From: an uncultured Gammaproteobacteria bacterium | Lineage (GTDB): Bacteria > Pseudomonadota > Gammaproteobacteria > Steroidobacterales > JABDMI01 | Length of the DNA stretch: 64,000 nucleotides | Assembly (NCBI GenBank): GCA_905479875.1 | Contig: CAJQOG010000066.1 | Coordinates: forward strand, 632-64,631 | Direction of reading: 5' to 3' | Shown: in pieces, positions 17,979 to 27,742 of the stretch | Position numbering within the stretch: the stretch's first letter is position 1 | Layout of the letters: every line of letters starts with the position of its first letter | The notes under the pieces: generated by a model | What the model was told of the DNA's origin: nothing | Databases searched by the model: none | What the model saw: only the letters and a program-made list of their open reading frames with translations | Translations under genes and position numbers: made by a program

Positions 17979-20642
17979 ATGTCTATTAAGCTATTTTCTA
18001 AGCTTGAATCTGGATCTGTTTTGATTACAAGCTTAGCTCGTCAAGCCGAGTATTTTCGCTTGTCATACGCAAACTGGAAAAAACAACAAGGTTTTACAGC
18101 TTGGCCATCGCCAAAAATATATTCTTGGTCTGACTGGCTTAAGCAAACTGGTGAAGAATTACTTTGGTCTGGGTATGCCAGCGCAGAAGGTGTTCGTAGT
18201 TTATTGACACCACTGCAAGAACAAATGGTTTGGGAACAAGTCATCCGATCACAAGAAAAAAACGGTTTATTACAGTTGTCATCAACTGCAGTAATAGCCA
18301 AATCGGCGTGGCAATTAATGCAAGCTTGGCGCTTGCCGGATACTCGAATTGCAAATTTTCCAAGTGAGGATGTGAAAGCATTTACCACCTGGGTAGAACT
18401 GTACTTTAAACGTTGCAAAGAATCATCTTGGATAGATAACGCAAGGTTGCCTGATACTCTCAAAAGTGCAATTAAGAAAAATAAACTAACACTTCCACAG
18501 AATATAATTTTAGCCGGCTTTGTTGAATTTTCACCTCAGCAGTTAGAACTAATTGCTGTAATAGAAGCTCAAGGTTCTTTAGTTGATCTATATAACGCAG
18601 AAGAATTTGATTCTGAGATTGTTGCTTACTCATACTCTTCAGTGAAAGATGAATTTACGGCCATTGCCAACTGGTGTCGTGATTTGTTAACACAAAACCC
18701 TTCAACTACGATTGGTATCGTTGTTCCAAATTTACAGCAATCTAAATCTGAGCTTGAGTACATTTTTAGAAAAACCTTATATCCAACGTCCATATTTACT
18801 AAAAAAGAATTTGTTAATACTGCATATCAGGTTTCTGGTGGTGACAGTTTATCAGATTCAGAATTAGCAAATATGGCTATGAGCTTACTTGAATTAATTG
18901 AGGATGAATTTAGCTTAGATAAAATAAGTCAAATATTGCGAAATCCATATTGTTTTGGTGGCAGTAGTGAATTATTTGAAAGAATAAAGTTGGATGCCTG
19001 GCTGCGTAGACAGGGCGTTCTAGATTTTAGCTTATCAAGTTTATTAAGTTTATTAAAAATATATGAACGCAAGCGACCAAAAAAATCAAAAAGTACATTT
19101 TTTGAAGTTTCACTAATGACGCTTAAGACTTCAAATGGATTTGGGAAAACATCTCAATTACCAAGTACATGGGCTAAGCATTTCTTAACTTATTTGGAAA
19201 AATTTGGCTGGCCTTCTACTGATCTGGAAATCAACGAACAACGTCAAGCTCAAGCCATGCGTTCATGCTTAACAGATTTTGCAACCTTGGATTTTGTGCA
19301 TGCAAAAATGAATTTTAAGCAAGCACTAAAAGCGCTAAGACGAATCTTCTTGAATAAACGTTTACAAGGTACTCAAATTTTTTCACCAATTCAAGTTATG
19401 GATTTAAAAGAGGTGCATGGATTAAATTTTGAATATCTTTGGGTTGCTCAATTGAGTAATAATGTTTTGCCAGAGACGCGTAAAATAAATCCATTGATTC
19501 CATTTGGCTGGCAGAAAAAATGCAAAATATCCCAAAGTACCCCAGAACTGTGTTTGTCTGATGCAGAGAAACGTATAGCCCATCTAAAACGAGCAGCAAG
19601 CAATACTTGTTTTTCAATGGTAAATTCTGAAAGTTCACAAATAATTAAAAAGCCTGGTTTGTTAAACGATTTGAGTTTTAAAATACAAGCCCCTATAGAA
19701 AAAACTGTAGTAGATAAAACAAAAAGTAAATGGGTTGAAGAAACTCATGGTGCTTCTTATCATGATACAAAAACAGTCGGGACATCACTTTTTAAAAATC
19801 AGTCCGAGTGTCCTTTTAAGGCTTATGCGAAGCATAGATTATTTCCTGAGAGAATTGAAAATAATTCCTATGGGCTAACGGCATTGGAAAGAGGCCAGTT
19901 ACTGCATAAAGCGCTTGAAGAAATTTGGAAGCGGATTGGTTCTTCTGACACTCTTCGTATTGCTCTAAAGAATGAACATCTTGAAATACAGTTATGGGAA
20001 ATCATTGATAAGGTTCTGAGTGATTTTGAGAGAAGCTTGAGTTATAAATTAAGTGTACGTTTAAAAGCAATTGAGCGAACAAGGTTGGTTAAGCTAACTT
20101 TAGCCTGGCTAAAACTTGAGGGTCAACGTGAAAGCTTTGCTATGAACAGCACAGAACAGGAAGTAATGCTTGAGATTAATGGTTTGCAAGTGAAGGGTTA
20201 TGTCGACCGCATTGATCAGCTTGATAATCTTGGTTTTGCAATTATTGATTATAAGTCGGGCATCCAAAGTTCAAACTCGTGGTTTGGTGACAGGCCAGAT
20301 GAACCACAAATGCCGATTTATGCACTTGCTGAACAAAACAAAGTAGTTGCAGTCGTTTTTGCAAATTTAAAACCGGGTAATTTTTCTTTTAGTGGAGTGA
20401 GTAAATTTGACAACGCTTTTCCTGGTATAAAAGCTTATGACCAACTAACTGATTTTCAACGACGTGGAATGTCTTGGTCGGAATTAATGCCATACTGGAG
20501 AGAGCAGCTAAATGCACTTGCAGAAGACTTTAAATCTGGTTTGGCAATACCGTCTCCGAAGAAAGGTTTACAAACCTGTAATTATTGTGAACTACAAAGT
20601 TTATGTAGAACTCATGCTAATCCAGATAGGCAAGTTGTATGA
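17979..20642 (+). CDS. AddB-like PD-(D/E)XK nuclease with Fe-S cluster cysteines (probable DNA double-strand break repair protein)
   Basis: 887 aa. C-terminal nuclease motif VDRIDQL...AIIDYKSG bracketed by SECPFKAY and CNYCELQSLC (C...CxxCx5C, the AddB iron-staple pattern). No helicase Walker A seen. Overlaps the next gene by 4 nt. Confidence 0.8.
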   Translation: MSIKLFSKLESGSVLITSLARQAEYFRLSYANWKKQQGFTAWPSPKIYSWSDWLKQTGEELLWSGYASAEGVRSLLTPLQEQMVWEQVIRSQEKNGLLQLSSTAVIAKSAWQLMQAWRLPDTRIANFPSEDVKAFTTWVELYFKRCKESSWIDNARLPDTLKSAIKKNKLTLPQNIILAGFVEFSPQQLELIAVIEAQGSLVDLYNAEEFDSEIVAYSYSSVKDEFTAIANWCRDLLTQNPSTTIGIVVPNLQQSKSELEYIFRKTLYPTSIFTKKEFVNTAYQVSGGDSLSDSELANMAMSLLELIEDEFSLDKISQILRNPYCFGGSSELFERIKLDAWLRRQGVLDFSLSSLLSLLKIYERKRPKKSKSTFFEVSLMTLKTSNGFGKTSQLPSTWAKHFLTYLEKFGWPSTDLEINEQRQAQAMRSCLTDFATLDFVHAKMNFKQALKALRRIFLNKRLQGTQIFSPIQVMDLKEVHGLNFEYLWVAQLSNNVLPETRKINPLIPFGWQKKCKISQSTPELCLSDAEKRIAHLKRAASNTCFSMVNSESSQIIKKPGLLNDLSFKIQAPIEKTVVDKTKSKWVEETHGASYHDTKTVGTSLFKNQSECPFKAYAKHRLFPERIENNSYGLTALERGQLLHKALEEIWKRIGSSDTLRIALKNEHLEIQLWEIIDKVLSDFERSLSYKLSVRLKAIERTRLVKLTLAWLKLEGQRESFAMNSTEQEVMLEINGLQVKGYVDRIDQLDNLGFAIIDYKSGIQSSNSWFGDRPDEPQMPIYALAEQNKVVAVVFANLKPGNFSFSGVSKFDNAFPGIKAYDQLTDFQRRGMSWSELMPYWREQLNALAEDFKSGLAIPSPKKGLQTCNYCELQSLCRTHANPDRQVV

Positions 20643-23600
20643 CGGAGAATAATTTACAAGATGCGGATGCTCGTAAGAAGGCTCTGGACCCTAATTTTTC
20701 GTTTTTAATTCAGGCGCCTGCTGGTTCAGGAAAAACCAGTTTGTTAGTCGAACGTTATTTAGCCTTGTTGGCTGTTGTTGATAAACCCGAAGAAATACTT
20801 GCAATTACTTTTACTCGTAAAGCTGCAGCTGAAATGCGGGAAAGAATTTTATCCAAATTAGTACTGGTTGTTGATTCACAAACTAAAAAAGAAAATTTAA
20901 GTGAGCATGAGAAAAAAGTCTTTGATTTAGCTGAAAATGCTCATCAAAGGGATAAGAAATTAAACTGGGGCTTGTTGAATAACCCTAATCGCTTACAAAT
21001 TTTAACGATTGATTCATTTTGTTCTCGTTTAGTTTCAGTGATGCCAGTAGCTTCTGGTTTTGGCGGAATGCCAAAATTGCTAGATGACGCAAGAGAGTTA
21101 TATCGAGCCGCTGTGAATCAATATTTCAAATATTTTCTAAATTCTGATCGCTCGGATAATAATTTAGAAACAATATTGCTTGAATTAAATAACGATTTTG
21201 ATCGTACTTCAAACTTATTAATCACGATGTTGGCAAAGCGCGATCAGTGGCTTTCGTATGTCACTAACGATTATTTTGTCGACTTAAATCAGTTAAACAT
21301 GGCTCTTGAAGCAGCTGTGGAACAAGATTTAGCACCCTTGAGTTATTTGCTATCAAATGAGCTTAGTCAAGAAGTTGTGTCTATGAGCTCATATGCTGCA
21401 GAAAGTTTACGTATTGCAGACCGAGATTCGGAAATACGCGCTTGCCAATTTTTGAGTGAGTTGCCTCATACCGATTTTGAGTCCTTGGCTATTTGGCGAG
21501 GTATTAAAAAACTTCTTTTGACTGACAAGGGCACAGTACGCTCTAGAGTCTCAATTGCTGAGGGCTTTGCTCCTGAATCAGCAACTGATGATCCTGACTT
21601 GCGTGTACGCTATAAAGAATTCAAGAAACGTATGCAGTCTTTATTATCTTCACTTAAGCATGAAGATTTGTTTGTATCATCACTCGCCTTAGTTAATGAT
21701 TTGCCTGACAGAAAGTATACTAATGAGGATCAGGTTTTTCTTAATGCTTTATTTTCTGTTCTTAAAAACCTAGCAGCAGAATTGCTTTTAGAGTTTCAAC
21801 GTACTGGTTATGTTGATTTTATTGAGCTAACACAATCAGCTCTCTTGTCATTGGGTTATGATGATGCCCCTACAGATTTGGCACTTAGTTTCGATAGTCG
21901 AATCAATCATATTTTAGTGGATGAATTTCAAGATACATCAAGAGTGCATTTTGAATTGTTAAGAAAATTAACAACAGCTTGGGCTGATGATAATAGAACG
22001 CTCTTTATCGTTGGTGATCCAATGCAATCAATTTACCGCTTTAGAGATGCTGATGTTAAGAATTTTCTATTGCTTAAGCGTAGTGGCATTAATTCCTTAA
22101 GGCCTGAGTTTTTACAACTTGAAAGTAATTTCAGATCCGGAAAAAATGTAGTTGACAAAAATAATTTGGTATTTAAAAACCTATTTCCCGAAGCCGATAA
22201 AGTAAATATAGGAGATGTTGCTTTTCATTCATCAGTCGCAGTAAAGGCAGAATCAGACTACCCCAGCATTAGCATTCAAACTGTGGCTGCTAATGCTTCT
22301 CAATCCGAAGCAAAAGCTATTGTAAAACTTATTAAAGAATTGCAAGAAAAAGATAGCAGTTCAAGTATTGCAGTCTTAGTGAGAAGTAGAAACCATTTAG
22401 AATATTTAGTACCTCTAATTAAAAAAGAGAAATTAGCAGTAAGTGTTGAAGGCATGGAAAAGCTTAATGCACAACAAGAGGTTTTAGATGTTTATGCGTT
22501 AACCATAGCTTTAGTGCATCCAGCTGATCGTCAGGCTTGGTTGTCGGTTCTAAGGGCGCCATGGTGTGGTTTAACACTAATTGAGTTGGAGAATCTAGTT
22601 AGAGTTGATAAGGAGCTGCTTATAATTGAACTTTTGCAAAAAAGTACAGAGTTTGATTTCTTATCAATAGATTCTCGATTGCGTTTACAGTTTCTGCTTG
22701 AAGCTTTTGAAATCGCTTCTATACAATTAAATAGAGATCCTCTATCCTTAGTTGTTGAAGGTTTATGGCAAAGACTTAATGGTCCTTCTTGTTTAGAGTC
22801 TGAGGAGCAGGTAATAAATGTTGAGAGTTTTTTTCAAATTCTAAAATCTCAAACAATTAATTCTGTAATAAGTTCGGTTAAGCCTCTACGAGAATTTTTA
22901 AATGAATTCACTGGCAAAGCAGATGCACCTTCTAATTCAAACTTGCAATTATTGACAATCCATATGGCAAAGGGTTTGGAGTTTGATCATGTAATAATTC
23001 CAAGGGCTAGTCGCACTACAAGAAAAAACGATTCTGAGTTATTGGTATGGAATGAGTTACTAGACGCAGGTTCTCACCGACATTTATTGCTAAGTCAGTA
23101 TCAGCCAGCCAAAGATAATTCAATTTATACATACATTAAAAAGCGTAATAATCGACTTGAAGCATCTGAATTAAAACGTTTATTATATGTTGCAATGACA
23201 AGATCAATTAAATCTACAAGTCTTTTTTGTGAGTCCAAATTGACTAAAGGTGAACAGAAATTACTTGCACCTCAAGGCTCGTTTGTAAGTCTTTTAACTT
23301 CAAGCTTGAATTCGATCTCGATATTTGATCATCACGAGGATTCTGAATCTGGGGATGAGAAAAGTAATGCTTCTAATAGTTTTAAGCGTCAAATTTTGAA
23401 AAATATTGATAAAAATATATCTTCAACAGATATTCAAAGTGGTATCGCAATAAGGGAAATTTTACAATCAGAAGTGATTGAGTATGAATGGGCTAGCGAG
23501 ACTGCTATGCATATTGGTACTGTTGTTCATTTGGCCCTAAAACAGCTTGGAAATATGAGTATTGATGAATGGGCATTAACTGATAGAGATAATTTAGAGA

Positions 23601-24025
23601 AGCATTTTAGTCGAGTATTACGAGCCTTTGGTGTTCCGGATACTGAGCTTGACATGTCGATATCCAGAACAATGAAAGCCTTAAATGCAGCTGCTACTGA
23701 CCAAGAAAGGAGTTGGATATTTTCATCTGATCATAAAGAAATTGAAAATGAATACCCTATAAGTGGTTTTGTTGATGGGCAATTTAAAAACTTTAGAATA
23801 GATAGAACTTTTATTGATGCAGATAATATACGTTGGATAATTGATTACAAAACAAGTATTCATGAGGGTAGCGGTTTAGATGAATTTTTAGATAACGAAA
23901 TGCAGCGCTACAAATTACAGCTAGAAAATTATGCAATGTTAATGAGAGGAATAGATGATAGAGCAATTAGGCTAGGAATGTATTTTCCACTTGTTCAGGG
24001 TTGGAGAGAATGGGCGTATGTCTAA
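20639..24025 (+). CDS. UvrD/AddA-type helicase-nuclease
   Basis: 1128 aa with Walker A APAGSGKTS, ILVDEFQDTS, VGDPMQSIYRFR, TIHMAKGLEFDHVIIP, LLYVAMTRS, and C-terminal PD-(D/E)XK (IDRTFID...WIIDYKT). Confidence 0.85.
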   Translation: MTENNLQDADARKKALDPNFSFLIQAPAGSGKTSLLVERYLALLAVVDKPEEILAITFTRKAAAEMRERILSKLVLVVDSQTKKENLSEHEKKVFDLAENAHQRDKKLNWGLLNNPNRLQILTIDSFCSRLVSVMPVASGFGGMPKLLDDARELYRAAVNQYFKYFLNSDRSDNNLETILLELNNDFDRTSNLLITMLAKRDQWLSYVTNDYFVDLNQLNMALEAAVEQDLAPLSYLLSNELSQEVVSMSSYAAESLRIADRDSEIRACQFLSELPHTDFESLAIWRGIKKLLLTDKGTVRSRVSIAEGFAPESATDDPDLRVRYKEFKKRMQSLLSSLKHEDLFVSSLALVNDLPDRKYTNEDQVFLNALFSVLKNLAAELLLEFQRTGYVDFIELTQSALLSLGYDDAPTDLALSFDSRINHILVDEFQDTSRVHFELLRKLTTAWADDNRTLFIVGDPMQSIYRFRDADVKNFLLLKRSGINSLRPEFLQLESNFRSGKNVVDKNNLVFKNLFPEADKVNIGDVAFHSSVAVKAESDYPSISIQTVAANASQSEAKAIVKLIKELQEKDSSSSIAVLVRSRNHLEYLVPLIKKEKLAVSVEGMEKLNAQQEVLDVYALTIALVHPADRQAWLSVLRAPWCGLTLIELENLVRVDKELLIIELLQKSTEFDFLSIDSRLRLQFLLEAFEIASIQLNRDPLSLVVEGLWQRLNGPSCLESEEQVINVESFFQILKSQTINSVISSVKPLREFLNEFTGKADAPSNSNLQLLTIHMAKGLEFDHVIIPRASRTTRKNDSELLVWNELLDAGSHRHLLLSQYQPAKDNSIYTYIKKRNNRLEASELKRLLYVAMTRSIKSTSLFCESKLTKGEQKLLAPQGSFVSLLTSSLNSISIFDHHEDSESGDEKSNASNSFKRQILKNIDKNISSTDIQSGIAIREILQSEVIEYEWASETAMHIGTVVHLALKQLGNMSIDEWALTDRDNLEKHFSRVLRAFGVPDTELDMSISRTMKALNAAATDQERSWIFSSDHKEIENEYPISGFVDGQFKNFRIDRTFIDADNIRWIIDYKTSIHEGSGLDEFLDNEMQRYKLQLENYAMLMRGIDDRAIRLGMYFPLVQGWREWAYV

Positions 24026-27000
24026 GGACTTAAATTATTGTTTAAACCTAAAAATAGTTCTACTAATTTTAGGTTTAATTGCATTTACTCCTCAAAATAT
24101 TTTTGGTGAGTATTACTTTCATATGGAATATATTGGTGTTGAGCAAGGTCTTGAAGGATCTAGTATCGAAAAAATCTTGCAAGATAGTGATGGATACATA
24201 TGGTTTGCTACACAAGAGGGTTTATATAAATATGATGGTAGAAACGCTAAAAAATATTCGGGTGGTGATAAAGAGGGGATTTTAATAAATGCTGATATCT
24301 ACGATATTATTGAAACTGAAAATAAAAATATATGGGTTGCTACTTCAACCGATGGCATTGCAATTTTCAACCCACAGTCTGATAATTTTAGAATAATTTC
24401 AAATAAGTCTACCCCAGGATTAAAGCACTACAAATCTAAAGAATTAATTGAGTTTAAAAACTCTGTATTTGTTGTGGGTGAGGATGGAATAGAACGAATT
24501 CATAAAGAAACTTATGAAGTTGAATCAGTTCCCACCCAAAATAAAAATAAAGTAATAGCGGAGAACTATTCAGCTGATTCTATGGTTATATTTGAGGATG
24601 AGCTCTTAGCACTAGTCGATAGGCAGTTGTATATTTACGATCAGGAATTGAAATATTTAAGACCTTTTGATTATGCAGCTTATCGAAAGTATTCATATGA
24701 GCCAAATGATGAGCACTATGGTTTATTTTTAGCTTCAAAAAATAACTTGTATTTATACACAAGTAGAGGTGTTTTTTATCTAGATGTTGAAAACAGTAAT
24801 ATATTAAAAGAGCCATTTATAATTAACGAAAAAAATGATACACGCATATTTATTAGCGATATTTATAGAGATTCTTACGATACAAATTGGATTGTCACTA
24901 GAGGGAGAGGTGTTTTTTATAAAACGAAAGAACAGAAAAAGTACTCCTCGATTGTTATTGGCGTTGGTAAAAACCAGCTTAATACAGACCAAGTTTTTAG
25001 TATCTATGAAGATAAAACAAATAATATATGGCTGGGTACTGATGGTTTTTATGCGGCTAAGTTTCGTGCTCCACGTGCTGTTTTTCCTTTCATATCAAAT
25101 TTTTATTCCCCAGACCGAGCGTTTAATACAAATACAATTTGGACCTTTGAAGAATTTATGGGTGAATTATATTTAGGTGCAGATAACGGAATATTCATTG
25201 TTTCTGAAACCGAAAATGAAATCAGACCATTTATAACAACAAAAAAGTACCGTCTTACCTATGATTTATTAAGCACTGAAAAAGAAATGTTCATAGGTGG
25301 ACTTAATGGTTTAAATTCATTACTTCCTACTGGTGAAACACGAAATTACAATAATTTAATTTCCAAAGCTAAATATAATAACGGGATTTTTGATAATACG
25401 GTAACTCAGTTAGCTCAATCTGAGACACATCTGTTTGTTGGCACTTTCAATGGTGTAGTTGCAATTGAAAAAGACACAGACAAAACCACGTACTATAACT
25501 CTGAGAATGGTGATTATAAAATTCATAATGGTGCCATTATGTCTTTAGCATATGATAATGAAGAAAACCTACTTTGGATTGGTAGCGAAACTGGTGTCGA
25601 AGTGATTTCAACACAACTGGATAAAAAAGCTATAGACATATCAGCTGCCTTAAAAAATATCAGTGGTTTTGTAAATGACATTCATATTGATAAATTTGGA
25701 CACACTTGGATTGCTGTTGATACTTCTTTGTATAGGTTTACACCAGAGTACGCTCTTTTAGAGTATAAGCATTTTCCACAAAATGAGATACGAGCGATTG
25801 AAACTGTTGATAATACATTATGGATGACTACCCTATCTGGCTTGATAAAAGCTTCATTAGATGATCTTGAGGACTTTGTCTTTTACATACAAGAGGACGG
25901 TTTGTACAATACAGGGAATACTACTATGGCATCTTTGTACCTAGAGTCTCGCGATGAATTATTGTTTGGTGGAGATAGAGGTTTAATAAAATTTCCATCC
26001 ACAATTAATATTCCAGTTAAAGATGCTATTTCTCCTAGGATGAATAGGGTGCGTTTAATAACAGAAATAGGGCAGCCTGATATAGTTGAACGCTTACAAA
26101 GCAACGGGAGCTTGGAGTATTTTGAGAATAGTTTACGATTCGAATTCGCCCATCTTGACTTTAAAGCTCCAAAGAAAAATAGGTTCCAATACTATTTAGA
26201 AGGATTTGATTCTGAATGGAGCGCCTTATCTAATGAGAATTTTGCTACCTATACAAACCTTAAAAGTGGAGACTATGCTTTTAGAGTTAAAGTCTATGAT
26301 GCAAATTACGTACTAAGTAATAAAGAGTTATCGATTCATTTTACAATTAAAAAAGCAAAATGGAAATCTGACTTCGCCTATTTTTTATATTTTATTGGGG
26401 CTCTTTTTGGGATACTTTTTAGTATTAATTGGTACAAAGCGGAGCATGCAAAAATTAAAAGTTTACAAATCCAAAAAAACAAGGAAGAATTTATTAGTGG
26501 ATACAACCGCTATGCATTAAGTCTTACAGAATTACAGTCTCATCAAACACTGGTACGTAAATTTTTAGACCAAATAAAACTTATTACTGGCGCAGAATGT
26601 ATCTATTACAAGCAATTCTTAATGGAAACCTTATTAGAAATTTGTATAGGTAAATCACAAACAGTTAATCATATTGATAGTGAACTTGAGTTAACCGCAA
26701 AAAACTCAGTGGCGCATCTTACATTGCAAAGTAAAAATGTGATAGAACTTGAAACAGTAGCCGCTGATATACAAATACTTTATCAGCAAATGGTTATTCT
26801 GCAAGACGCATTATTAGATAAACAAAAATATAACTGGAATGATTATTTTAATTCACTCACCGGCCTGCATAATCTGACATCATTTAGAAAGATAATGCGT
26901 GATGAAATAGAACGAGCAGAAATGAACAACCTCTCTCTAGTAATTTTTGAGTGGAATATTGACAAGGGACAGTTCAAAGAAAATGAATTGCTTAAACGTA

Positions 27001-27266
27001 TTCAGTTATTAAGCTATGGAGATAAAATTAAGGATGTTTTTGGAGTACATGTTATTGCGACTTATTCAGAAAATTTTGATAACATTGCAAAATTTATAAT
27101 TTTCTTAGCAGATGAAAATTCTGAAAAAATACAGCAGTATAAATTAGAGTTTGAAAAACTAATAAACGAAATAGTCAAAAATAATACTGGAAAATATTAC
27201 TCTCAACAAGGCTTGAAACTTATTCAATTGCATAGCGAGTTCAATAACTATTTTGATTTGTTGTGA
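24018..27266 (+). CDS. periplasmic beta-propeller (Reg_prop repeats + Y_Y_Y) sensor, one TM helix, cytoplasmic degenerate GGDEF-like domain
   Basis: Signal/anchor LKIVLLILGLIAF. At least 6 repeats of the type IxxIxxDxxGxxWxxTxxG (e.g. ILQDSDGYIWFATQEGLYKYDG). Y_Y_Y region FQYYLEGFDSEWS...GDYAFRVKV. TM helix FAYFLYFIGALFGILFSINWY. C-terminal NSLTGLHNLTSFRK...ATYSENFD occupies the position where GGDEF is expected. ATG 24018 overlaps the addA-like stop (ATGTCTAA); TTG 23991 is an alternative start. Confidence 0.8.
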   Translation: MSKDLNYCLNLKIVLLILGLIAFTPQNIFGEYYFHMEYIGVEQGLEGSSIEKILQDSDGYIWFATQEGLYKYDGRNAKKYSGGDKEGILINADIYDIIETENKNIWVATSTDGIAIFNPQSDNFRIISNKSTPGLKHYKSKELIEFKNSVFVVGEDGIERIHKETYEVESVPTQNKNKVIAENYSADSMVIFEDELLALVDRQLYIYDQELKYLRPFDYAAYRKYSYEPNDEHYGLFLASKNNLYLYTSRGVFYLDVENSNILKEPFIINEKNDTRIFISDIYRDSYDTNWIVTRGRGVFYKTKEQKKYSSIVIGVGKNQLNTDQVFSIYEDKTNNIWLGTDGFYAAKFRAPRAVFPFISNFYSPDRAFNTNTIWTFEEFMGELYLGADNGIFIVSETENEIRPFITTKKYRLTYDLLSTEKEMFIGGLNGLNSLLPTGETRNYNNLISKAKYNNGIFDNTVTQLAQSETHLFVGTFNGVVAIEKDTDKTTYYNSENGDYKIHNGAIMSLAYDNEENLLWIGSETGVEVISTQLDKKAIDISAALKNISGFVNDIHIDKFGHTWIAVDTSLYRFTPEYALLEYKHFPQNEIRAIETVDNTLWMTTLSGLIKASLDDLEDFVFYIQEDGLYNTGNTTMASLYLESRDELLFGGDRGLIKFPSTINIPVKDAISPRMNRVRLITEIGQPDIVERLQSNGSLEYFENSLRFEFAHLDFKAPKKNRFQYYLEGFDSEWSALSNENFATYTNLKSGDYAFRVKVYDANYVLSNKELSIHFTIKKAKWKSDFAYFLYFIGALFGILFSINWYKAEHAKIKSLQIQKNKEEFISGYNRYALSLTELQSHQTLVRKFLDQIKLITGAECIYYKQFLMETLLEICIGKSQTVNHIDSELELTAKNSVAHLTLQSKNVIELETVAADIQILYQQMVILQDALLDKQKYNWNDYFNSLTGLHNLTSFRKIMRDEIERAEMNNLSLVIFEWNIDKGQFKENELLKRIQLLSYGDKIKDVFGVHVIATYSENFDNIAKFIIFLADENSEKIQQYKLEFEKLINEIVKNNTGKYYSQQGLKLIQLHSEFNNYFDLL

Positions 27267-27275
27267 TTTAAATGA

Positions 27276-27734
27276 TTACTGAATCGTCATAATAGCATCA
27301 ACAATGCCATTTTCTTTGGTTTTCTTTATCTGTAGGTTGTTGTAATTTATGTCATTACTTTCTAATTGGTTTAGTAAATTCACTAAAGTTGTAAATGTAA
27401 TGTCTTCTAGTTCGAATCGCTGTGAACCGTCATTCGTTGTGCGAATTTGTTTTAATGTATTAGAAGAAGAGTTTTGTTTTAAAAAACTATTTATTAACTG
27501 ATTAGCTGATTTTGACCCATTTGCTGTAATTGTTGAGCTGCTATTTAGGCTTGAAATAATCGTCTCTTGCTGAGAAATGGTGGCCGACTTTTTAATAAGG
27601 TTTGATTTTCTTTCAGTTAGTGCATCAATGATAAAAAGCTTTAATATCACAAACGATATTAAAGCAATAGATGCAATTAATAAAATAGTGTCTCGTTTAC
27701 TAAGTTGTGAGAGATAATTTTTGAAATTTTGCAT
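27276..27734 (-). CDS. gspM: type II secretion system protein M
   Basis: 152 aa with a short cytoplasmic N-terminus plus TM (TILLIASIALISFVILKLFII). Last gene of the gspG-M operon; size and position are typical. Confidence 0.7.
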   Translation of the reverse strand: MQNFKNYLSQLSKRDTILLIASIALISFVILKLFIIDALTERKSNLIKKSATISQQETIISSLNSSSTITANGSKSANQLINSFLKQNSSSNTLKQIRTTNDGSQRFELEDITFTTLVNLLNQLESNDINYNNLQIKKTKENGIVDAIMTIQ

Positions 27735-27742
27735 GATGTTAA

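Noticed and set aside
24079-25176. Alternative-frame and antisense ORFs (68-113 aa) inside the beta-propeller sensor gene
   Set aside because: AT-rich coding DNA yields long Ile/Leu/Phe/Lys-rich open frames by chance. The sensor frame carries repeated, recognisable Reg_prop motifs.
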